Of a stretch of 64,000 nucleotides of DNA, positions 8,139 to 16,924 are shown one piece after another. A model generated the notes under the pieces. It saw nothing but the letters and a program-made list of their open reading frames with translations. It was not told the origin of the DNA and ran no database searches. The DNA is from a virus (taxonomy: Duplodnaviria > Caudoviricetes), in the IMG/VR virus record IMGVR_UViG_2974532474_000001, positions 4,763-68,762 of that record. One strand, written 5' to 3'. Position 1 is the stretch's first letter; each line of letters opens with the position of its first letter. The position numbers and the translations under genes are program-made.

Positions 8139-9587
8139 ATGGCTATTGGTGTTGAGGTAACAACCTCACTGCGTACCGGCCCCACGAACCCGGGCACGGT
8201 TTCCGGGCGTCTGCAAATTGCTGGCATCACGGAACGAGGCTCGTCTACCGAGTCCGTGCTGGTGAAGTCGCTGGCACAGTATGAAAGCCTCTTTGGCACC
8301 CGTCAGGCTTACGCGTCCAACATGTACGATTCAGCGCGCACGTTCTTTGAGGAAGGCGGCTCCGAACTCGTTGTTTCGCGTGCCGTTGGTCCGGCTGCCA
8401 CCGCTGGTTTCCTGGTCCTCAAGTCCACCGCTGGAACCGTGGACACGCTGCGTATCGCGGCGCGTAACCCCGGCTCGCATTCGTCCGCGATCACTGCCGA
8501 GGTGACCGTTTCCGGTGGCCTGTTTACGATCACGGTTCGCCGTAGCTCTGAGGTCATTGGCTTGTTCGCCAACCTGACCACCCCGGCTGACGCCGTGGCC
8601 GCTGCGTCCACCAACGCGCATGTGGTGATCACGGACATGGGCGACGCCACCGCAGCCCCGGGCAACCAGCCCAAGGCATTGGTCCCCACCGTGCTGTCCG
8701 CTGGCATTGACGACCGCGCCGCCGTCACGGCTGCCATTGTGGCCACTGCGCTGGCGAACCCCGGCCCCGTCACCAAGGGCGCTGCCGTGGCAGCACCCGG
8801 CTATGCTGCGTCCGCTATTGGTTCGCTGCTCATTGCCCACGCCAAGGCCAACGGCAAGGTTGCGTTGCTGTCTCCCGCATCCGGGGCGACCGCTACCGCT
8901 GCCGCCGCCGAGGCCAAGGCGCTGGTTGGTGCTGACGGCGCCTATGCTGGCGTGTTCTACCCGCATGTGGTCATTCCTGACGGCAATGGCACCCGCACGC
9001 TGTCGCCGGAAGCCTACGTCGGCGCCGTGCGAGCTCGCGCCCACGTCAACATTGGTTTCTGGGCTGTCCCGGCCGGCGAACGCGCCCTGCCGCGCTGGAT
9101 CGTTGGCACTGTCACCAACGTGGACCGCCCCACCAACAACACCCTTGCTGATTCCCAGTTGAACGGCATTGTGACCATTGGCGGCAAGCCGCGCCTGTAT
9201 GGCTGGGCTTCGCTCGCGCTGGACCGCGACAACCTGGGCATGCTGTCCGCGCAGGACTCCCTCAACAACCTCACGGTTCAGGTGGAGGACACGCTGGAAG
9301 AGTTCGTTTTCAGCGGCGTGGACAACCGCGGCGTTCTGCTGGGACGCATCGAATCCGCCGTTACCGGCATCGTGGACCCCATTGCGCTGGCAAATGGTTT
9401 CTACCCGCGCAAGGTTGACGGCGAAATTGTGGATCCCGGCTACCGCGTGACGGTGGACGAAACGATCAACACCGCCACGAGCCTTGCTAACAACGAGGTC
9501 CGCGTCGCTCTCAGTGTTCGCCTTGCTCCCACGGCGGCGCTGATCAAGGCCGAAATCATCAAGGTTGCCCTGTCGGCTGCCGTCTAA
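8139..9587 (+). CDS. Contractile tail sheath protein
   Basis: 482 aa; GITERG, FFEEGG, YPHV, VPAGE and C-terminal PTAALI sheath motifs. Confidence 0.9.
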   Translation: MAIGVEVTTSLRTGPTNPGTVSGRLQIAGITERGSSTESVLVKSLAQYESLFGTRQAYASNMYDSARTFFEEGGSELVVSRAVGPAATAGFLVLKSTAGTVDTLRIAARNPGSHSSAITAEVTVSGGLFTITVRRSSEVIGLFANLTTPADAVAAASTNAHVVITDMGDATAAPGNQPKALVPTVLSAGIDDRAAVTAAIVATALANPGPVTKGAAVAAPGYAASAIGSLLIAHAKANGKVALLSPASGATATAAAAEAKALVGADGAYAGVFYPHVVIPDGNGTRTLSPEAYVGAVRARAHVNIGFWAVPAGERALPRWIVGTVTNVDRPTNNTLADSQLNGIVTIGGKPRLYGWASLALDRDNLGMLSAQDSLNNLTVQVEDTLEEFVFSGVDNRGVLLGRIESAVTGIVDPIALANGFYPRKVDGEIVDPGYRVTVDETINTATSLANNEVRVALSVRLAPTAALIKAEIIKVALSAAV

Positions 9588-9609
9588 CCCCAAGAAAGGA
9601 ATCTGAGTC

Positions 9610-10014
9610 ATGAAGACAACCAAACGGAATTTTATTAGCACCATCTTGGGCGTTACGGGCACATGGTCCACCCACACAGGTGGAGCTTTGAACGCTGACG
9701 TGACACGCGACTACGACGGCGGGGCCACCACCCCTGACCTGATTGGTGGCGCTCCCACGGCGGACGACCTGGAACTGTCCCGGGCCTTTGACCCGGTGCG
9801 CGATCTTCCCCTCCTGGAGAAGCTGCGCAAGGAAGTGGGCCGGGGCCGGTACACGATCACGAAACAGTCCACTGACGCCAACATGACCAAGGTGGGCAAG
9901 CCGTTGACGTATGCCAACTGCCTGTTGCTGTCGGTCAACGACCCGGAATCGGACTCGAATAGCTCCGATACGTCGCCCATCACGGTGAAGTTCGCCACGA
10001 CCGGCGCCGTCTAA
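9610..10014 (+). CDS. Tail tube protein
   Basis: 134 aa after sheath; WSTHTGG...LELSRAFDP...LLSVNDPESDSNS. Confidence 0.8.
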   Translation: MKTTKRNFISTILGVTGTWSTHTGGALNADVTRDYDGGATTPDLIGGAPTADDLELSRAFDPVRDLPLLEKLRKEVGRGRYTITKQSTDANMTKVGKPLTYANCLLLSVNDPESDSNSSDTSPITVKFATTGAV

Positions 10015-10027
10015 GACGGGTAAGCGT

Positions 10028-10119
10028 CCCACCCGGGACTTGCTGGGGTTCCGGGTGGGCAAATCAGTGGGACGGGGTGCGTCCGAGTTGTCCGTGCTTG
10101 GACACGCGCCCCGTCCCAC
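10028..10119. repeat. Two adjacent inverted repeats (10028-10059 and 10067-10119)
   Basis: CCCACCCGG/CCGGGTGGG and GTGGGACGGGG.../...CCCCGTCCCAC. Confidence 0.75.
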
Positions 10120-10152
10120 ACCCATTTAACGAATCGGGCAATTCTTGTCTCA
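10111..10152 (+). promoter_or_regulatory. Class L promoter upstream of tail assembly chaperone
   Basis: CCGTCCCACA at 10111; AATTCT at 10140-10145; A at +1. Confidence 0.6.
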
Positions 10153-10201
10153 GACCACCCCGCACGAGGCGGGGCGGCGGACTGAACGGACAAAACAGGC
10201 C

Positions 10202-10768
10202 ATGACTGAAACAACCCCCGATTACGGCACCATCCCCGCATCTTCCGGCACCCACGCAGCCGAGGCCGCAGCGGCCACTCCGACGCCCTACGCCTACACG
10301 GCCAAGCCGGAACCGGAAGACCGCGAGGAATCCCCGCTTGACGCGCTGCTGGCCGAGTCCAAGAAATCCCTTGAGGAATTCGTTACTTGGCAGGTGGATG
10401 GGCGCGACGGCTGGGCTGTTCGGTTCTCCAATGTGATCGAACCGGAAGACACCAAGCGTTACCGGAAGTCAGCAATCGGTAAGCGCAAGAACGCCGAGGA
10501 CGCCGACCAAGTGGTCGCCGCCGCTATGCCTCTCATTGAGAACTGCCGCGCGATCCTTCGCAACGGCAAGGTGGTGGTTGCCAGCGACGGCGACGACCTC
10601 ACGTTCGGGCACAACCAGTTCATCGAAATGTTCGGCGGCATGGGTGCTATCCACGCTGTACGGCTGTTCCTTGGGCCGGGTCAGACCCTCTCATGGGGCG
10701 GCGCCCTGTTTGAGGCTGCGGGCTACGGCGCGGACGTGACCGAAGCTGTGGACCCTCACAAGTCCTAG
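10202..10768 (+). CDS. Tail assembly chaperone
   Basis: Between tube and tape measure; ATG 10202 preferred over the TTG at 10145. Confidence 0.75.
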   Translation: MTETTPDYGTIPASSGTHAAEAAAATPTPYAYTAKPEPEDREESPLDALLAESKKSLEEFVTWQVDGRDGWAVRFSNVIEPEDTKRYRKSAIGKRKNAEDADQVVAAAMPLIENCRAILRNGKVVVASDGDDLTFGHNQFIEMFGGMGAIHAVRLFLGPGQTLSWGGALFEAAGYGADVTEAVDPHKS

Positions 10769-10947
10769 CCGAGTTCCTGGAGGAAGACGACTACTTTAGC
10801 GAACTCGCGATAGTGGCGGACATTCTCCGAATGGACCCGGTGGCGGTGGTGGAGGAACGGAACTGGCGTTACAGGGCCGTCCGAGTCGCCGCGGCAAGGG
10901 TCATTGCCGAGGCTAGGAAAAAGGCAAACGAGAAGAAACAACAATGA
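10750..10947 (+). CDS. Frameshift extension of the tail assembly chaperone (-1 frame), slippery site near GGACCCT
   Basis: -1 frame open to TGA 10945-10947 (PSQVLAEFLEEDDYF...EKKQQ); fills the gap before the tape measure gene. Confidence 0.65.
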   Translation, partial: GPSQVLAEFLEEDDYFSELAIVADILRMDPVAVVEERNWRYRAVRVAAARVIAEARKKANEKKQQ

Positions 10948-10956
10948 TTTGGAGGG

Positions 10957-13900
10957 GTGCCGGTGGCTACCACTGAGGAACGCGTGGTGCTTACGGTTGA
11001 AACCCGCGACGAAATAACGGCACCCCTCCAAAACATCGTCAAAAAGACGGAACAGGCCAACGACCGTGTGGCCAAATCAGCGCAGCGCCAAGCGTCCACC
11101 GTCGAAAAGGCCATGGCGCAAGTCAGTAGCTCCACAGCCACCGCCATGGGTTCCAGTGACCGCATGGCGCGCGCCTACGACCAAGCTGTGGGCCGCATGG
11201 GCACCAGCACGGGCCGTGTCGGTGACGTGATCAACTCCCGGCTTGGCGGCGCCGTGGATAAGGTCATGCGAAACGTCGCGGCATCCATCACCCGGGCCAC
11301 CCCCGGCATTATCTCTGGCGCGGAACGCATAGGGTCCGGCATTGGGTCAGCTCTAGCCGGCGCGGTGAACACGTCCATTACCGTGGGCGATAAAATCGGC
11401 GCTGGCTTGTCCAGTGGGCTGGGAACCGCTGGCAAGACCCTTGGCGTTGCCGGGGTCATGGTGGGCGGCGTCGTCGGTAAAGCCATTTCCGGTGGCATCA
11501 ACCGCCAACTGAACATTGAAGACGCCCGGGCCAAGCTGTCCGGGCTTGGCACGGACGCCGCCGTCGTGAACAGCATCATGGACAGCGCCCTTGCCGCCGT
11601 CCAGGGTACGGCCTTTGGGCTGGATTCCGCCGCTACAGCCGCCGCGTCCGCTGTGGCCTCCGGTATTCAACCGGGCAAGGACTTGACGCGCACCCTCAAG
11701 CTGGTGGGCGACGCTGCAACCATTGCCGGGACTGACTACGGCGAAATGGGCGCGATCTTCAACAAGATTTCAGCATCCGGTGTGATCCAAGGCGAAGAGC
11801 TCGCGCAGCTTGGTGACCGAGGGATCCCGATTCTGCAATTGCTGGCCAAAGAAATGGGCGTTACTGCCGCTGAGGTCAAGGACTTGGCGTCCAAGGGCAA
11901 GGTTGATTTTGCTACCTTCCAGAACGCCATGGAAAAGGGCATGGGCGGCGCTGCCCTCAAGTCCGGCGAAACCACCCGCGGCGCCATGGCCAACACGGGC
12001 GCGGCACTGTCTCGCGTAGGTGCCACCCTCACGTCCGGGTTCTTCCCGCTCGCTGTGGGCGGCTTCAACGAGGTAACCAAGACCCTTGACGGCATGAATA
12101 AGGCCGTCAAACCGGCTGCCACGGCCTTTGGCACATGGTTTGCCGGTAAAGCTTCCCCCGTGGTTTCCACGTTCTCAGAGCGCGCCCTCAAGGCGTTTGC
12201 TGAGGTAACAGGCGGCTTCGCTGCCATGCAAGCTGGCTACAAGCGAGCCAACGACGGCGTTACGTCCAGTGGGCTGCCCGGTTTCATGGAACGCTTGGGC
12301 ATTGCCGCCGGCAAGGTCCGCGACGCCGTGGCCGGAATGAATCCGAACCTGGACAACCTCAAGGCGCTGGTTGCCCCGCTGGCTGGCATGTTCCTGGCTA
12401 TGGGTTCCGGGCTGCTGGGAAACCTTCCCATCATTGGCCGGTTCCTGCCGGTGCTGAACCCGTTCTTGGGCATCCTGTTGGGCCTTATCGCCGCGAGCCC
12501 GGAACTACGCCGCGCCCTTGGTGACGCGTTCCAAGCCATTGTCCCGGCCCTTGGTGCCGTGGTAGCTGCCTTTGCCCCTCTCGTGCCCATTCTGGCTGAG
12601 GTGGTGGCGTGGGGCGTCGACTTGGTGGTCAAGGTGCTGGACTTGCTGGTGCCGTTGTTCCCGGTACTGGTGCCGCTGGTGGTGGCCTTTGTCGCCGCCG
12701 CAAAGCTCGCTGGCCCGGTCATGGCCGCGTGGCGCGTCGCTGTCGTCCTGTTCACTGCCGCGCAAATTGGCTTCCAGACCGCCATGGGAGTCAGCACCGT
12801 GCTGACTCAAGCGCAGACCGCAGCGACCGAGCGCGGCACCGTCGGATTTATCGCCATGAAGGTGGCGCAATACGGCGCCGTAGCTGCCTTGGCTGTGGCC
12901 ACCGCAGCGCAGTGGCTTTTTAACGCGGCTGTGTCAGCAAACCCCATCAGCCTCATTGTCATTGCCATTGCCGCCCTCGTGGCTGGCATCATTTGGGCCT
13001 ACAACAACGTGGGTTGGTTCAAAGACGGGGTGGACGCCGCCCTGAAATGGATAGGCGAGGCGTTCCAGAACGTAGTCAACTGGTGGAACTCCGATTTCAT
13101 GCCGGCGCTGTCCGCCGTGGGCCAATGGTTCGTGGACGTATGGACCAACGTAAGCATTTTCCTGTCTGACACTTTCACGAATGTGGGTAACTGGTTCCGG
13201 GATTTCATCGGCTTTTTCGTTGACGGCTGGGGCATGCTGGTTGATTTCTGGAACGGCATTTTGCTGCCAGCAATCCAAGCCGTAGGTGATTTCTTCGCCC
13301 CCATCCTTGACTGGATAACGCGCCTGATATGGAACGCCACGACCATTGCCGTGGCCTTGTTCTACAAGCTTGTGGATTTCTGGAATGGCGTACTGCAGCC
13401 AGCCCTCCAAGCCGTGGGCGACTGGTTCAACAGCATTTTCACATGGATTTTCGAGACCATCATCCGGCCCGTGGTTGACGGAATCGTTGGCCTGTTCCGC
13501 ACCTTGGTGGACTGGTGGAACCTCACCCTCATGCCAGCCCTGCAAGCTGTCGGTCAGTGGTTCAGCGATATTTTCTCTTGGATTTACAACAGCATCATCC
13601 TGCCGTACATCACTTTCTGGATTGACGCTTTCCGCATGGTGGTGGACTGGTGGAACCTTACTTTCCTCCCGGCCCTGCAAGCCGTAGGCCAGTGGTTCTC
13701 TGACGTGCTGAACTGGATTTACAACGTCATTATCAAGCCCGTGGTTGACCTGATAGTCGGCGCTTTCACCGCCCTAACGGACTGGTGGAATAACACCCTG
13801 TCGCCCATGATTACGACCGTAGGCGGCTGGTTCCGTGACGGAATCGGCAAGGCAATTGAGGGCGTATCCGGCTTCATAGATGGGCTGATAAAGGGCTTCC

Positions 13901-14499
13901 AGGGCTTTATTTCGTTCTGGTCCGAAAAGCTCAAGCCTGTTGCTGACGCCATAGCTGAAATTTTCAAGGGCATTGGTGACGCTATCGGAAACGCCCTCGG
14001 CAAAATGGGCGAATTCATGAATAACCCCCTTGGTGGCGTCCAGGACTGGCTTGGCATTGACAAGGACGGCAACGGGCAAGGCGTGATGCCGGTGAACAGC
14101 GGCGGCGGCGTCTACCTCAAGGGCGGCGGCGTGCTGGGCTACGCCGGCGGCGGAACGGTCTTGCCCGGGTTCGCCCCGGGCAAGGACACGATCCCGGCCA
14201 TGCTGTCCCGTGGCGAGTCCGTGCTGGTTCCTGAGCTCACCTCGGCGCTGGGTCCGCGCAACATCATGGCAGCCAACCGCGAGGCGTCCGGGGGACGCCC
14301 TGCCGGGTCCGGCCCCACCGCGTCGCTGGTGGGTGCACTGGGTGGCGGCGGCGGGACGCAAGTAATCGTTGCGGACGGCGCCGTGCAGGTCAATGTCGAG
14401 GTCAAGGGCGGCGACACCGAGGCAGCGCAAAACGTGGCGGATGCCGTGCGTGAGGCTGTCGAGGAAGTCTTCGAGGAAATCAAGAGGCGGGGTTACTAA
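10957..14499 (+). CDS. Tape measure protein
   Basis: 1180 aa; tape-measure domain (LQGTAFGLD...GEELAQLGDRG), Trp/Phe periodic repeats, C-terminal GKDTIPAMLSRGESV. Confidence 0.95.
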   Translation: MPVATTEERVVLTVETRDEITAPLQNIVKKTEQANDRVAKSAQRQASTVEKAMAQVSSSTATAMGSSDRMARAYDQAVGRMGTSTGRVGDVINSRLGGAVDKVMRNVAASITRATPGIISGAERIGSGIGSALAGAVNTSITVGDKIGAGLSSGLGTAGKTLGVAGVMVGGVVGKAISGGINRQLNIEDARAKLSGLGTDAAVVNSIMDSALAAVQGTAFGLDSAATAAASAVASGIQPGKDLTRTLKLVGDAATIAGTDYGEMGAIFNKISASGVIQGEELAQLGDRGIPILQLLAKEMGVTAAEVKDLASKGKVDFATFQNAMEKGMGGAALKSGETTRGAMANTGAALSRVGATLTSGFFPLAVGGFNEVTKTLDGMNKAVKPAATAFGTWFAGKASPVVSTFSERALKAFAEVTGGFAAMQAGYKRANDGVTSSGLPGFMERLGIAAGKVRDAVAGMNPNLDNLKALVAPLAGMFLAMGSGLLGNLPIIGRFLPVLNPFLGILLGLIAASPELRRALGDAFQAIVPALGAVVAAFAPLVPILAEVVAWGVDLVVKVLDLLVPLFPVLVPLVVAFVAAAKLAGPVMAAWRVAVVLFTAAQIGFQTAMGVSTVLTQAQTAATERGTVGFIAMKVAQYGAVAALAVATAAQWLFNAAVSANPISLIVIAIAALVAGIIWAYNNVGWFKDGVDAALKWIGEAFQNVVNWWNSDFMPALSAVGQWFVDVWTNVSIFLSDTFTNVGNWFRDFIGFFVDGWGMLVDFWNGILLPAIQAVGDFFAPILDWITRLIWNATTIAVALFYKLVDFWNGVLQPALQAVGDWFNSIFTWIFETIIRPVVDGIVGLFRTLVDWWNLTLMPALQAVGQWFSDIFSWIYNSIILPYITFWIDAFRMVVDWWNLTFLPALQAVGQWFSDVLNWIYNVIIKPVVDLIVGAFTALTDWWNNTLSPMITTVGGWFRDGIGKAIEGVSGFIDGLIKGFQGFISFWSEKLKPVADAIAEIFKGIGDAIGNALGKMGEFMNNPLGGVQDWLGIDKDGNGQGVMPVNSGGGVYLKGGGVLGYAGGGTVLPGFAPGKDTIPAMLSRGESVLVPELTSALGPRNIMAANREASGGRPAGSGPTASLVGALGGGGGTQVIVADGAVQVNVEVKGGDTEAAQNVADAVREAVEEVFEEIKRRGY

Positions 14500-15168
14500 G
14501 TGGTCAACATTCTGGTTCAGAAACCGCAGTATTGGCACACCATGCGTGTCATTACTGACAACGGGTTTCAGGGGTCTATGCACTCCACCCCTACCGTCTT
14601 CCAGTACAGCGACGTTGCCAAGTATGGGCAGGTGGAGCGCGAGGGCAAGAAAGCAATTTCCCGGCTGGTGGCCCCCGGGCTGCGCACGCTCTCGTTTACG
14701 CAGCGCGTCGCGAGCTTGGACTATCAGCAAACCATTGAGCCGATTGTCCAGCGCTTCACGAACCTTTCGGCCGCTGGGGTCCGGGTGCGTTTCCCGAACG
14801 GGTCCGGGCCTTTCGAGCAACCATGCTGGTGGGTTATCAAGGGCTTGGACGTGCGCGTGCTGCGGCGCGCCACGGACAACAGCATTAGCCATGCCGAGGT
14901 GTCATGGTCCCTTGAGGAACACGTCGACGTGACGGCCAACGCGATCAAACCGCGCCCGGTCCCCAAAGCTCCGGTGGTGGCGCCCAAGCCCGTGGCCGCG
15001 CCGTCCCGGACTTACCGGGTGGTGTCCGGCGACTGCCTGTGGAATATCGCCGTTCGCTTCCTTGGCAACGGTGCGCGCTGGCCGGAAATCTACAACATGA
15101 ACCGCGCCATTATCGGCGGAAACCCTAACCTGATCTTCCCCGGTCAGGTCTACCGGCTGCCGGGGTAA
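14500..15168 (+). CDS. LysM-containing tail tube initiator/baseplate protein
   Basis: C-terminal LysM (YRVVSGDCLWNIAVRFLGNGARWPEIY...NPNLIFPGQ). Confidence 0.85.
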   Translation: MVNILVQKPQYWHTMRVITDNGFQGSMHSTPTVFQYSDVAKYGQVEREGKKAISRLVAPGLRTLSFTQRVASLDYQQTIEPIVQRFTNLSAAGVRVRFPNGSGPFEQPCWWVIKGLDVRVLRRATDNSISHAEVSWSLEEHVDVTANAIKPRPVPKAPVVAPKPVAAPSRTYRVVSGDCLWNIAVRFLGNGARWPEIYNMNRAIIGGNPNLIFPGQVYRLPG

Positions 15169-15173
15169 CGGGC

Positions 15174-16517
15174 ATGGGAAGCACGCTAGACGCCAACAGG
15201 CTCAAGAACATTTCAGTGACCGGCAAGGGGTTGGAAGCTGACCTTGTGGAGGCTTGCCTCAAGGCCACGTTTTCCACCAGCACGTCCCAAGTGACTGAGT
15301 TCTCTTTGACGTTCCTGGACACCATGGACCTGCAAACGTTCCGTTCCGGGATCCTCAGCGCCGGGGCAACGGTGAAATATGGCGGCTGGCACATGGTCAG
15401 CCGGGTGGTGTCGCTGGGGTCCGGCGCCGCTGGCCCGGAACTGACGGTGAAAGCCCCGTCAGCGTTCGTGGAGGGCTACAAATCCGAGATTGGCGGACAC
15501 TCTTGGGGTGAACAGGACGTCGCCGCGTGGGTGGTAGCTCAAGCGCGGCGCCGTGACCTTGTGCCCGTGGTCCAGCCCGGGCTTGGCCGGAAGACCATTA
15601 TCCGGGCCGCGACGGACGGCGATAACAAAGAAAGCACTTGGGACGTAATGGCGAACCTTGCCACGGCGACCGGGTGCTGGCTGTTTGAGTATGGCACCGT
15701 GCTGGTGTTTGCGCGCCCGTCCTGGCTCATGAAGTCCGACTGGGGCGGACGGCATTGGGAACTGTACTGGAACAACTGGGCTGACTACCACGAGGGCATG
15801 CAGGGCATGCCGGCGTACTCGAAAGACCCCGGAAGTAACCCGGCTGAACAAATGACGGTTCGCCTGTTGTCTGCGGACGCTGACGAGGCGCGCCCGGGCG
15901 ACAAAGTGAGCATGGGCGGCGCTGCGGTGGGCGACATGGGCGGCGATTGGATCGTGGTAGGTGTCAGCTACCCCATGACCGTTGCCGGTGTCGTCACGCT
16001 CTCATGCCAGCGGCCCATTGACCCGGTGATCCCACCAGAGAACACCGGAACAGGCACCAGTGGCGCGGCTGCCAAGACCACCACCGTGGTGAGTACCACC
16101 ACTGGCAAGGCCGGGGCGGGTGCGAACACGTCCGGCGTGGATGGGTGGATGGCGCGCACCAAGGGCCGGTATGTGGACACAGACGGCGCGTATGGTGCGC
16201 AGTGCGTTGACTTGGTGAGCCTCTACAACACCCAGTTCGTGGGCGGCGGCGCGATCTTTGGCAACGGTAACCAGTGGTACAACAACCCGGCAGCGAACGC
16301 CAACTATGTGCGAATCCCGGCTGGTCAGCGAGCCCAAAAGGGTGACATTGCTTGCTGGGGTTCCTACTACGGCGGCGGCTACGGCCATGTGTGCATTGTC
16401 GTGGAGGACCGCGGCGGCTCGCTCTACACACTCACCCAGAACCCCGGCCCCGCTAACTTCCAGGTCCTCACCAAACAAGGGCTGCAGGGCTACCTCCGAC
16501 CACGAAAGTTCGCCTAA
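15174..16517 (+). CDS. Baseplate hub protein with C-terminal CHAP peptidoglycan hydrolase
   Basis: N-terminal hub-like region; DGAYGAQCVDL...GDIACW...GYGHVCIV. Confidence 0.8.
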   Translation: MGSTLDANRLKNISVTGKGLEADLVEACLKATFSTSTSQVTEFSLTFLDTMDLQTFRSGILSAGATVKYGGWHMVSRVVSLGSGAAGPELTVKAPSAFVEGYKSEIGGHSWGEQDVAAWVVAQARRRDLVPVVQPGLGRKTIIRAATDGDNKESTWDVMANLATATGCWLFEYGTVLVFARPSWLMKSDWGGRHWELYWNNWADYHEGMQGMPAYSKDPGSNPAEQMTVRLLSADADEARPGDKVSMGGAAVGDMGGDWIVVGVSYPMTVAGVVTLSCQRPIDPVIPPENTGTGTSGAAAKTTTVVSTTTGKAGAGANTSGVDGWMARTKGRYVDTDGAYGAQCVDLVSLYNTQFVGGGAIFGNGNQWYNNPAANANYVRIPAGQRAQKGDIACWGSYYGGGYGHVCIVVEDRGGSLYTLTQNPGPANFQVLTKQGLQGYLRPRKFA

Positions 16518-16519
16518 AC

Positions 16520-16924
16520 ATGGAAACCATTTGGTCTTGGCTGGTCTTGGCTCGCGTGTCCCGGCTGGTCAAGGACGTGCGCAGCGGTGAAAGCGCGGAC
16601 ACTTCGCATGCGGCGGCGGAAGGGCTGCGGCTGGACGTGGCCGAGGCTATCAGCCACGCATGCGCGCCGGACGGCTGGAACTGGCCGCGCGAGGATGCCC
16701 GGTTGTTGGCTGTCCTGCTCCGCGACGGGCGCAGCGTCCCCGTGGAATCTGCCCCTTATGGTTCAGTGGTGGAAACAGCGTCGGGGCGTCTGGGGCTTCG
16801 CACCAATGGGGGACTGATTGAGTCCCACGGGGCGGCGTTGTCCGTGGTGCCCAACGAACCGGGCCGCTGGGTCCGGGCGTGGCTCATTCCCGGCGTTTCT
16901 TACTTTGGGAGGGCAACAACGTGA
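16520..16924 (+). CDS. Hypothetical baseplate-region protein
   Basis: Tightly packed ORF in the tail operon. Confidence 0.6.
   Translation: METIWSWLVLARVSRLVKDVRSGESADTSHAAAEGLRLDVAEAISHACAPDGWNWPREDARLLAVLLRDGRSVPVESAPYGSVVETASGRLGLRTNGGLIESHGAALSVVPNEPGRWVRAWLIPGVSYFGRATT

Noticed and set aside
10192-10204. AAAACAGGC before the chaperone ATG
   Set aside because: Lacks ACG and the -10; better explained as the RBS region.
3195-14892. Long minus-strand ORFs opposite structural genes (e.g. 3195-4370, 4880-6256, 8331-9677, 13774-14892)
   Set aside because: Antisense shadows of GC-biased coding on the plus strand; no RBS or motifs.
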